DNA of 32,000 bases from Bacillus sp. V5-8f (GTDB lineage Bacteria > Bacillota > Bacilli > Bacillales > DSM-1321), in assembly GCF_002863565.1 (NCBI RefSeq), contig NZ_PGUW01000024.1, positions 229,193-261,192 of the forward strand. The letters are read 5' to 3'. Positions 25,145 to 32,000 of this stretch are shown here, one piece after another. Positions within the stretch are counted from its first letter, which is position 1. Every line of letters begins with the position of its first letter. Under the pieces are notes generated by a model. The model saw only the letters and a list, made by a program, of their open reading frames with translations, was not told the DNA's origin and did no database searches. The translations under genes and the position numbers were made by a program.

Positions 25145-25171
25145 ATAGTTCGGACAAGGCCTTCATATCTT
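25145..25171 (+). promoter_or_regulatory. candidate sigma-E promoter of spoIVFA-spoIVFB
   Basis: gtcATAgt (ATA at 25145-47), a 16-nt spacer, then CATATCTT (25164-71). This fits the sigma-E consensus ATA-16/18-CATACAnT. The B. subtilis spoIVF operon is sigma-E dependent. This is a pattern match only. Confidence 0.35.
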
Positions 25172-25212
25172 TTACAAAGCGCTGTGAAAGAAAGCAGGGG
25201 GTAGATTTCTCT

Positions 25213-25971
25213 ATGAAGGACCGAAGGAAAGAAATTCAAAACCGGATTGCCAAACGACGAAAACAGAACAATAAACGGATGAATGATCCATGGATGCTGG
25301 TTGAGAATGAAGAACGTTATGGCTTTGAATCCACTGCGTATGAAGGTACCTCAGAAAAGGATCATCCGTTGTTTAAAAAAGAATATTTTTATTTTAAAGC
25401 GATGGCTGCCTTATGCTTATTTTTGTTGATAGCTGTCATGTTTAAACACCCATCTCCAAAGTTGGATAAAGCAAGGAGCTACGTAGAGGACGCTATGACT
25501 ACGGAATTCCAGTTTGCATCAGTTTCTAATTGGTATGAAGAAAAGTTCGGAAAGCCTATTGCTTTTTTGCCAGAGGACACAATACCGCAAGGCGCTGACG
25601 AAGAGCTGGACATTGAATATGCATTGCCTGCTACTGCAAAAATCACCGAAAGCTTTGAAAGCAACGGGGAAGGCATTATTCTTGAAACAGGAGCTGAGGC
25701 CAAAGTGGAAGCAATGAATCAAGGTGTTGTCATTTTCGCCGGAAGCAAGGAGGGCCTCGGCAAAACTATTGTAATACAGCATGGAGATAAGAGTGAGTCA
25801 TGGTATGGGCAGCTTGCGTCAGTTGATGTGAAACTATATCAATCAGTTACTAAAGGCAGGGAAATTGGAAAAGTGAAAAAGAGTGAAGATGGAACAAAAG
25901 GAACGTTCTACCTAGCGATAAAAAAAGGTGATTCATTTATCGACCCAAAAAAGGTGATACCATTTGAGTGA
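25213..25971 (+). CDS. spoIVFA: stage IV sporulation protein FA (regulator of the SpoIVFB protease; degenerate LytM/M23 domain)
   Basis: From MKDRRKEIQNRIAKRRKQ it is colinear with B. subtilis SpoIVFA (MSHRADEIRKRLEKRRKQ...). Conserved blocks are TEFQFASVSNWYEEKFGKPIAFL, ESFESNGEGI and FIDPKKVIPFE. The ORF track start at 25111 adds 34 unsupported aa. Confidence 0.85.
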   Translation: MKDRRKEIQNRIAKRRKQNNKRMNDPWMLVENEERYGFESTAYEGTSEKDHPLFKKEYFYFKAMAALCLFLLIAVMFKHPSPKLDKARSYVEDAMTTEFQFASVSNWYEEKFGKPIAFLPEDTIPQGADEELDIEYALPATAKITESFESNGEGIILETGAEAKVEAMNQGVVIFAGSKEGLGKTIVIQHGDKSESWYGQLASVDVKLYQSVTKGREIGKVKKSEDGTKGTFYLAIKKGDSFIDPKKVIPFE

Positions 25972-26830
25972 ATATCTCCAGCTTTTTATGAAAATTCGCA
26001 TGCATCCCACGCTTTGGATTGTGATAGGATTAGCCGTCCTTACTGCTCATTTTATGGCTGTGCTGATGTTGATTTTCACCGTTCTTATTCATGAGCTGGG
26101 CCATGCGGTTGCCGCACATTATTTTAAATGGAGAATAAAGTCGATTTCACTCCTGCCTTTTGGGGGAACGGTGGAAACGGAGGAATATGGCAACAAGTCG
26201 CTAAGGGAGGATTTCCTGGTCATTCTCGCCGGACCGATCCAGCATCTTTGGCTCATTGGCCTGGCCTACGTACTATTTTCGTTATCATATGTTCCATCTG
26301 AATTGTACCAACAGTTTCTCTATTTAAATTTAGCTGTACTAGGCTTTAATTTGCTGCCAATTTGGCCGCTTGATGGCGGTAAATTATTATTTCTTGGTTT
26401 TTCCTTATTTCGGTCCTTTATCGACGCACACCGTTTGACATTATTATTATCAACTGCTTTTGCCCTGATGTTTCTGGCAATGATAAACATGATCCAGCCA
26501 TACAACCTGAACCTGTGGATTATCTCGGGTTTTATAGCTTTTTCCCTTGGAATTGAGTGGAAACAGCGTTATTATGCGTTTATTCGATTTTTGCTCGAAC
26601 GGCACTATGGAAGGAATAGTGATTTATCGGTTCTTAAGCCTATAAGGGTGGAGGAAAGCGAGCAAATCCATAAAGTGCTCGAAAAATTTCAGCGGGGCTG
26701 CAAACACCCTGTCATTATTCTTAAAGACGGAAAGGAACGCGGTTCTCTTGATGAGAATGAGGTTCTACACGCGTATTTCTCAGATAAAATGACCAATGTT
26801 AAAATTGGCGACCTATTATATTCTTATTAA
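25964..26830 (+). CDS. spoIVFB: stage IV sporulation intramembrane metalloprotease SpoIVFB (site-2 protease, pro-sigma-K processing)
   Basis: HELGH motif (VLIHELGHAVAA), LLPIWPLDGGKLLF (NPDG-type motif), and a C-terminal CBS-like region ending DENEVLHAYFSDK. It is colinear with B. subtilis SpoIVFB. The TTG start lies 7 nt after AAGGTGA and overlaps the spoIVFA stop. Confidence 0.9.
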   Translation: MSEYLQLFMKIRMHPTLWIVIGLAVLTAHFMAVLMLIFTVLIHELGHAVAAHYFKWRIKSISLLPFGGTVETEEYGNKSLREDFLVILAGPIQHLWLIGLAYVLFSLSYVPSELYQQFLYLNLAVLGFNLLPIWPLDGGKLLFLGFSLFRSFIDAHRLTLLLSTAFALMFLAMINMIQPYNLNLWIISGFIAFSLGIEWKQRYYAFIRFLLERHYGRNSDLSVLKPIRVEESEQIHKVLEKFQRGCKHPVIILKDGKERGSLDENEVLHAYFSDKMTNVKIGDLLYSY

Positions 26831-26925
26831 GTATGTTATCCTTTCTTCAAACAAAGGCTTTTGAAACTGGCCTGGTTCAAGAAGGGATTTTTTATTTAGC
26901 AAGAGAAGTAAGTGCAGGTGATTGT

Positions 26926-28401
26926 ATGAAAAAAATAATTGTCAACACGACATCAAGGGAAAAAAGGTTTGCCGTCATTGAAAATAATAAATTGGTCAAG
27001 CTTGAAGTGGTGCCTCCCAGCCAGCAAAGCCTTGTTGGAAATATATATTTTGGAAAGGTAACGAAGGTGCTGCCTGGCATGGACGCTGTGTTCATCGATT
27101 TTGGAGAGGAGAAAAACGGGTTTCTTCACCGTGACCATCTTCCATCCTTTCAGTTAAGCAATCACGCTGAAGCGGGTCCGATTGGAAAGTATGTCCGCCA
27201 GGGAGAAAAGCTCCTGGTGCAGGTGACCCGGGATGAGACCGCCGGCAAGGGTGCCAAGTTGACAGGATTAATTGAACTATCCACGGAGTGTCTTGTATAC
27301 ATACACGGAATCGATTATGTCGGTATATCTAAGAAGTTCAAAGACCCTCATTCACAACAAAAATGGCGAGAGGCTGCGTTCCAGCACAAAAGAGTGGACG
27401 AAGGATTAATTATCCGAACCTCTATGGAGGATCAAGGGCTTGAAATATTCGAAAAGCATTTAACTCAATTGAGGGAAACATATGAGGACCTACGTCGAAG
27501 GTCAACAGCATTAAAATCTCCCGCCCTTATTCACTCCCAGGATAGTTTTATCGAACGTGTTCAAAATGAGATAGGCCAAGAGCAAATTGGAGAGGTAATT
27601 ATTGATGACTTTGCGGCATATAAAAAGCTGGAGGAGTGGCTATCCTTGCAGCATACCCCGTGGAGAGCAGTTTATTATAAAGGAAAAGAAAATATCTTTT
27701 CCGAAGAAAATATTCAGCACCAGCTGGACAAGCTTTTTAAAAAAATAGTTTGGCTTGAAAATGGCGGTTATCTGATAATAGACCAGACAGAAGCGCTGAC
27801 TGTAATCGATGTGAACACCGGAAAATACACAGGTAAAACTGAAAAAGAACAGACGATGCTGCAAACCAATTTACAGGCGGCAAAAGCTGCCGCAAATCAA
27901 ATTCGGCTCCGGAACATTGCTGGGATCATTTTGATTGATTTTATCAACACGAAGGACAGCCAACATAAAAAGGCTATTATTAACGTGTTAAAAGAAGAAG
28001 CCAAACAGGATGAGAAGAGAACAACGGTCGTCGGTTTTACCGAGCTTGGAATTCTGCAATTGACAAGGAAAAGGACGTCTCAATCCTTAAGCGAAAAGCT
28101 TCTGAAAACGTGCCCCTGCTGCAATGGAACAGGCAGGATTGATAGCCCGGAAACAATTGCTTTCAGGCTGGAACGGGAATTGATGGAGCACCGAAACCGC
28201 GATGAGGAGGCGGTCTGGATTGAAACAAGTCCTATCACAGCTGAAGTGCTCCTGGGTGAAGGAGAAGCATACCGCCCTACACTTGAAGCAGCAATTGGAA
28301 TGAAAATATTTGTTTCTAATACCGATGGCCTGCATCATTCCTACACGATAAAACGGTTCGGAAGTAGTGAAGAGATCTCCATGGCATTGCGTAGCAGCTG
28401 A
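26926..28401 (+). CDS. rng: Rne/Rng-family ribonuclease (RNase G-like)
   Basis: S1 domain (VGNIYFGKVTKVLPGMDAVFIDFGEEKNGFLH), catalytic-core block LTVIDVNTGKYTG, and CPCCNGTG near the C-terminus. ATG 26926 follows AGGTG; the ORF track start at 26833 adds 31 aa without support. Confidence 0.85.
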   Translation: MKKIIVNTTSREKRFAVIENNKLVKLEVVPPSQQSLVGNIYFGKVTKVLPGMDAVFIDFGEEKNGFLHRDHLPSFQLSNHAEAGPIGKYVRQGEKLLVQVTRDETAGKGAKLTGLIELSTECLVYIHGIDYVGISKKFKDPHSQQKWREAAFQHKRVDEGLIIRTSMEDQGLEIFEKHLTQLRETYEDLRRRSTALKSPALIHSQDSFIERVQNEIGQEQIGEVIIDDFAAYKKLEEWLSLQHTPWRAVYYKGKENIFSEENIQHQLDKLFKKIVWLENGGYLIIDQTEALTVIDVNTGKYTGKTEKEQTMLQTNLQAAKAAANQIRLRNIAGIILIDFINTKDSQHKKAIINVLKEEAKQDEKRTTVVGFTELGILQLTRKRTSQSLSEKLLKTCPCCNGTGRIDSPETIAFRLERELMEHRNRDEEAVWIETSPITAEVLLGEGEAYRPTLEAAIGMKIFVSNTDGLHHSYTIKRFGSSEEISMALRSS

Positions 28402-28436
28402 ATGGTTTGTCTAAAAAATGATTTGATATAAACGTA

Positions 28437-28466
28437 TTGACATAGGTTTTGGTTTTATGATACTAT
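28437..28466 (+). promoter_or_regulatory. sigma-A promoter of the rplU-prp-rpmA operon
   Basis: TTGACA (28437-42), an 18-nt spacer, then TACTAT (28461-66) with an extended -10 TG at 28458-59. Confidence 0.6.
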
Positions 28467-28469
28467 TTT

Positions 28470-28586
28470 ACTGTTATGTTTGTAGCATCCGTGCTACAAC
28501 CGCGCAGATCAGGCTTTAAAGATTTTGCTTTAAGGGCAAGGGCGCCTGTGATTGGCGAGTCTTAGTTATTATGAGGAGGTGCAGGG
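28470..28586 (+). promoter_or_regulatory. structured 5' leader of rplU (L21-leader-type ribosomal protein leader)
   Basis: The roughly 115-nt UTR has hairpins GTAGCA-TCCG-TGCTAC (28492-28507) and CTTTAAAG...CTTTAAGG, followed by RBS GAGGAGG. Firmicutes carry a conserved L21 leader in this position. I could not verify the match base by base. Confidence 0.45.
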
Positions 28587-28895
28587 ATGTACGCAATTAT
28601 CGAAACAGGCGGTAAGCAAGTGAAAGTAGCAGCAGGCGATGTAGTTTACGTTGAAAAATTGGACGTAGAAGCTGGCGAAACTGTTACATTTGACAAGGTT
28701 TTATTCGTTGGTGGCGAAAACGTGAAGGTAGGTGCTCCTTTAGTGGAAGGCGCTACTGTAACTGGTAAGGTTGAAAAGCACGGCCGCCAGAAGAAAATCA
28801 TCGTTTTCAAATACAAAGCGAAGAAAAATAACCGTAAAAAACAAGGTCACCGTCAGCCATACACAAAAGTTGTCATTGATACAATCAATGGCTAA
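28587..28895 (+). CDS. rplU: 50S ribosomal protein L21
   Basis: [25 protein letters not shown]...[15 protein letters not shown] is the canonical L21 sequence. Confidence 0.95.
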   Translation: MYAIIETGGKQVKVAAGDVVYVEKLDVEAGETVTFDKVLFVGGENVKVGAPLVEGATVTGKVEKHGRQKKIIVFKYKAKKNNRKKQGHRQPYTKVVIDTING

Positions 28896-28904
28896 GGCTT
28901 AACG

Positions 28905-29240
28905 ATGATAAAAGTAACAATCGATTATGATCCGCCGGAACGTATTCGTTCATTTACTTTAAGCGGACATGCTGATTTTGCTAAAAAAGGTTCGGATATC
29001 GTTTGTGCAGGCGTATCAGCGGTTTCATTCGGGGCAGTCAATTCCATCATGGCATTGACTGGCGTTGAGCCTGAGATTGAGCAAGGCGGCGAGGGCGGCT
29101 ACCTCCGCTGTGTGATTCCAGAAGAGATATCGCAGGACACACAAGAGAAGATTCAGCTGCTTTTGGACGGCATGCTAATATCACTTCAAACGATTGAACG
29201 TGATTATGGTAGATATATAAAAATAATCCTTAATAAATAG
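28905..29240 (+). CDS. prp: ribosomal-processing cysteine protease Prp (YsxB)
   Basis: 111 aa located between rplU and rpmA. The catalytic His/Cys context is SGHADFAKKGSDIVCAGVSAV. Confidence 0.9.
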   Translation: MIKVTIDYDPPERIRSFTLSGHADFAKKGSDIVCAGVSAVSFGAVNSIMALTGVEPEIEQGGEGGYLRCVIPEEISQDTQEKIQLLLDGMLISLQTIERDYGRYIKIILNK

Positions 29241-29543
<303 letters not shown>

Positions 29544-29823
29544 TAGCATCTTTTGAATAGAGACTGGCTCAACAAGGGTCCGGCTCCTTCTCTTGAACAC
29601 AATATACCTGCGTAAGCTGTATATCGTGATGAAGGCGTCGGCCCTTTATTTATGGGCGGGTCCTTTTCTTTTACATAAAATTTAGGTAAGGACAACTGCT
29701 CTGCCATCGTCCAAACTTTTTGAGTGTATCCCGAAGATTTTGGACGGGGGCTTTCATGTGGGACCACTAGCAATGCAAGCATGATAGAGCTATGTAATTT
29801 ACCTATTGGTAGGAGCTTTTTAA

Positions 29824-30372
29824 ATGAATAAAGATTGGAAAACAGTTGAGGTTTTACAGCATTCAAGACATGATTGGCTAAATAGGCTGCAGCTGATTAA
29901 GGCCAACATTGATTTAAACAGAATTGACCATGTTAAAGCGATCATCGAAGATATCATCATTGAAACCCAGAATGAATCCAAGCTTTCTAACCTGAACATG
30001 CCGGAATTTGTAGAAACGCTGCTGACAGCAAATTGGAGGTCGTTCCTTTTTCGGGTTGAATTTGAAGTAATATCCCTAAAACCTGATTGCGGTCCACTGG
30101 ATGATTTTATGGCGTCATGGATTGAAAACCTCTTTGACTGTCTTTCACAAACATTAGGTGGCTATGGGGAAAATGTTCTTTTTGTTGCAATAGATGAAAA
30201 TAAACAACAAAACCTCCGTTTGTCCTTTGAATTGCAGGGTACGATAGAAAATGAAAGTACTTTGTTCGATTTTTTACATGAGTCCCATGAGAAGACCATT
30301 TCTACGGAAGTCACATATTTTAGTAATGATGAGGTTCACTTTTATATGGAGATCATTGAAAACGAAAAGTAA
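29824..30372 (+). CDS. spo0B: sporulation initiation phosphotransferase Spo0B
   Basis: The phospho-accepting His context LQHSRHDWLNRLQLIKANIDL matches B. subtilis LGHSRHDWMNKLQLIKGNLSL. ESKLSNL is conserved. RBS TAGGAG upstream. Its position before obg is conserved. Confidence 0.85.
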   Translation: MNKDWKTVEVLQHSRHDWLNRLQLIKANIDLNRIDHVKAIIEDIIIETQNESKLSNLNMPEFVETLLTANWRSFLFRVEFEVISLKPDCGPLDDFMASWIENLFDCLSQTLGGYGENVLFVAIDENKQQNLRLSFELQGTIENESTLFDFLHESHEKTISTEVTYFSNDEVHFYMEIIENEK

Positions 30373-30424
30373 ATAAGCTGGTATGCTAACTCATCTAAAG
30401 AATACATACAGAGGAAGTGAAGAC

Positions 30425-31717
30425 ATGTTTGTCGATCAGGTTAAGATATATGTAAAAGGCGGCGACGGCGGAAATGGAATTGTCGCGTATCGTAGGGAAA
30501 AATACGTTCCAAAAGGCGGACCTGCCGGCGGTGATGGCGGAAACGGGGCAAATGTTGTCTTTGAAGTCGAGGAAGGCTTAAGGACACTTATGGATTTTCG
30601 GTATCAACGCCACTTTAAAGCACCTCGTGGTGAGCATGGCATGTCGAAAAATATGCACGGGAAAAATTCGCCCGACATGGTTGTTAAGGTTCCGCCTGGC
30701 ACGGTTGTTATCGATGATGAGACGAAGGAAGTCATCGCTGATCTAGTTGAGCACGGCCAACGGGCAGTGATCGCAAAAGGTGGACGGGGCGGAAGAGGAA
30801 ATTCCAGATTTGCGACTCCGGCAAACCCTGCTCCTGAAATTGCAGAAAATGGGGAGCCCGGACAGGAACGAGACGTTATACTTGAGTTGAAATTGTTAGC
30901 TGATGTAGGTCTAGTCGGATTCCCAAGTGTCGGTAAATCGACGCTCCTATCGGTAGTATCAGCAGCGAAACCAAAGATTGCGGAATACCACTTTACAACG
31001 ATTGTGCCAAATCTTGGTGTTGTTGAAACAGAAGATGGGCGCAGTTTTGTCATGGCTGATCTTCCGGGATTAATTGAAGGTGCATCCGAAGGAGTGGGGC
31101 TTGGCCATCAATTTTTACGGCATATAGAAAGGACACGTGTCATTGTCCACGTCATTGACATTTCGGCCGTTGAGGGGCGTGATCCGTATGAGGATTACAT
31201 GACAATCAACAAAGAATTGAACGAATACAACTTAAGGTTGACGGAGCGTCCGCAAATAATCGTTGCCAATAAAATGGATATGCCTGGTGCGGAAGATAAT
31301 TTGGCAGCATTTAAAGAAAAGCTGACGGAAGATTTTCCGATTTTCCCGATTTCGGCTGTGACGAGGGAAGGGCTTCGTGAGCTGTTGTTTGCGATTGCAG
31401 ACAAGATTGAGGAAACACCGGAGTTTCCGTTGGAGCATATGGAAGAAAATGAGTCTGACGTAAACCGTGTGCTCTACAAGCACGAGTCGGCAAAGGATGA
31501 ATTTACGATTACACGCGATCCAGATGGCAGCTTTGTTGTGTCCGGTTTCAAGGTAGAAAGGCTATTTAAAATGACGGACTTTACGCGTGAAGAATCCATA
31601 AGAAGATTTGCAAGGCAGCTGCGTTCCTTTGGCGTCGATGATGCTCTCCGGGAAAAGGGTGCAAAAGATGGAGATATTGTCCGCCTTCTGGAATATGAAT
31701 TCGAGTTTGTCGATTAA
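30425..31717 (+). CDS. obg: GTPase Obg/CgtA
   Basis: [18 protein letters not shown] marks the Obg fold. G1 is [10 protein letters not shown]3 is DLPGLIEGA and G4 is NKMD. The C-terminal OCT domain is present ([28 protein letters not shown]). The ORF track start at 30383 adds 14 aa. Confidence 0.95.
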   Translation: MFVDQVKIYVKGGDGGNGIVAYRREKYVPKGGPAGGDGGNGANVVFEVEEGLRTLMDFRYQRHFKAPRGEHGMSKNMHGKNSPDMVVKVPPGTVVIDDETKEVIADLVEHGQRAVIAKGGRGGRGNSRFATPANPAPEIAENGEPGQERDVILELKLLADVGLVGFPSVGKSTLLSVVSAAKPKIAEYHFTTIVPNLGVVETEDGRSFVMADLPGLIEGASEGVGLGHQFLRHIERTRVIVHVIDISAVEGRDPYEDYMTINKELNEYNLRLTERPQIIVANKMDMPGAEDNLAAFKEKLTEDFPIFPISAVTREGLRELLFAIADKIEETPEFPLEHMEENESDVNRVLYKHESAKDEFTITRDPDGSFVVSGFKVERLFKMTDFTREESIRRFARQLRSFGVDDALREKGAKDGDIVRLLEYEFEFVD

Positions 31718-31818
31718 GCACGTAAAACATGCGAGACCTGGGGCTTCTCTTGCCCTTTGTCTTCGCGCCTGTACATATTTTCGCTCTATTCGAGAGTGGC
31801 AAAAGAGGTGCGCGGATA

Positions 31819-32000
31819 TTGAACAAAACCGATAAGAAGTTTTATTTGGTCCGTGAAGATGTCCTCCCTGAAGCAATGAAAAAGACGCTCGATGCAAAAG
31901 AGCTGATTGAGCGCGGAAAGGCAGAATCGGTCTTTGAAGCTGTCGGGCGGGTTGATTTAAGCAGGAGCGCTTTTTATAAATACAGGGATACAGTCTTCCC
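31819..32000 (+). CDS. pheB: ACT-domain protein PheB (3' end outside the window)
   Basis: The TTG start lies 8 nt after AAGAGGTG. (M)[59 protein letters not shown] parallels B. subtilis PheB ([20 protein letters not shown]...[16 protein letters not shown]). Confidence 0.8.
   Translation, partial: MNKTDKKFYLVREDVLPEAMKKTLDAKELIERGKAESVFEAVGRVDLSRSAFYKYRDTVF

Noticed and set aside
25036-25239. 67-aa minus-strand ORF, and the 34-aa N-terminal extension of spoIVFA (25111-25212)
   Set aside because: B. subtilis SpoIVFA aligns from MKDRRKEIQ (25213), which has an AGGGGG RBS. The upstream part contains the candidate sigma-E promoter, so it is probably untranslated.

Overview
This is a chromosomal window from a spore-forming Bacillaceae (about 40% GC). 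All homology calls come from remembered motifs and B. subtilis protein sequences; no database search was possible. The backbone follows the B. subtilis order: valS-folC-[comC]-spoIIB-maf-radC-mreBCD-minCD-spoIVFA/FB-rplU-prp-rpmA-spo0B-obg-pheB. Five blocks interrupt it. (1) Two translationally coupled RimK-family ATP-grasp ligases lie divergent from folC. (2) A membrane/acidic protein and a VanW-like protein form a gene pair. (3) A complete retractile type IV pilus (T4P) locus is built around the comC/pilD position, with three pilin-like genes, pilB, pilT, pilC, pilA, pilD and pilMNO. (4) A decayed NERD-like gene lies between minD and spoIVFA, flanked by inverted arrays of about 20-bp repeats; a related phased array follows valS. 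(5) An RNase G-type gene lies between spoIVFB and rplU. The strongest hunt result is a class II c-di-GMP riboswitch with an overlapping intrinsic terminator directly upstream of the major pilin gene. It is paired with an MshEN-like c-di-GMP-binding motif in PilB, which suggests two-level c-di-GMP control of the pilus. Other unusual items are a pilin-like protein with a roughly 115-aa polyanionic D/E/R tail, a PilO-LysM fusion, and the folC-linked RimK pair.
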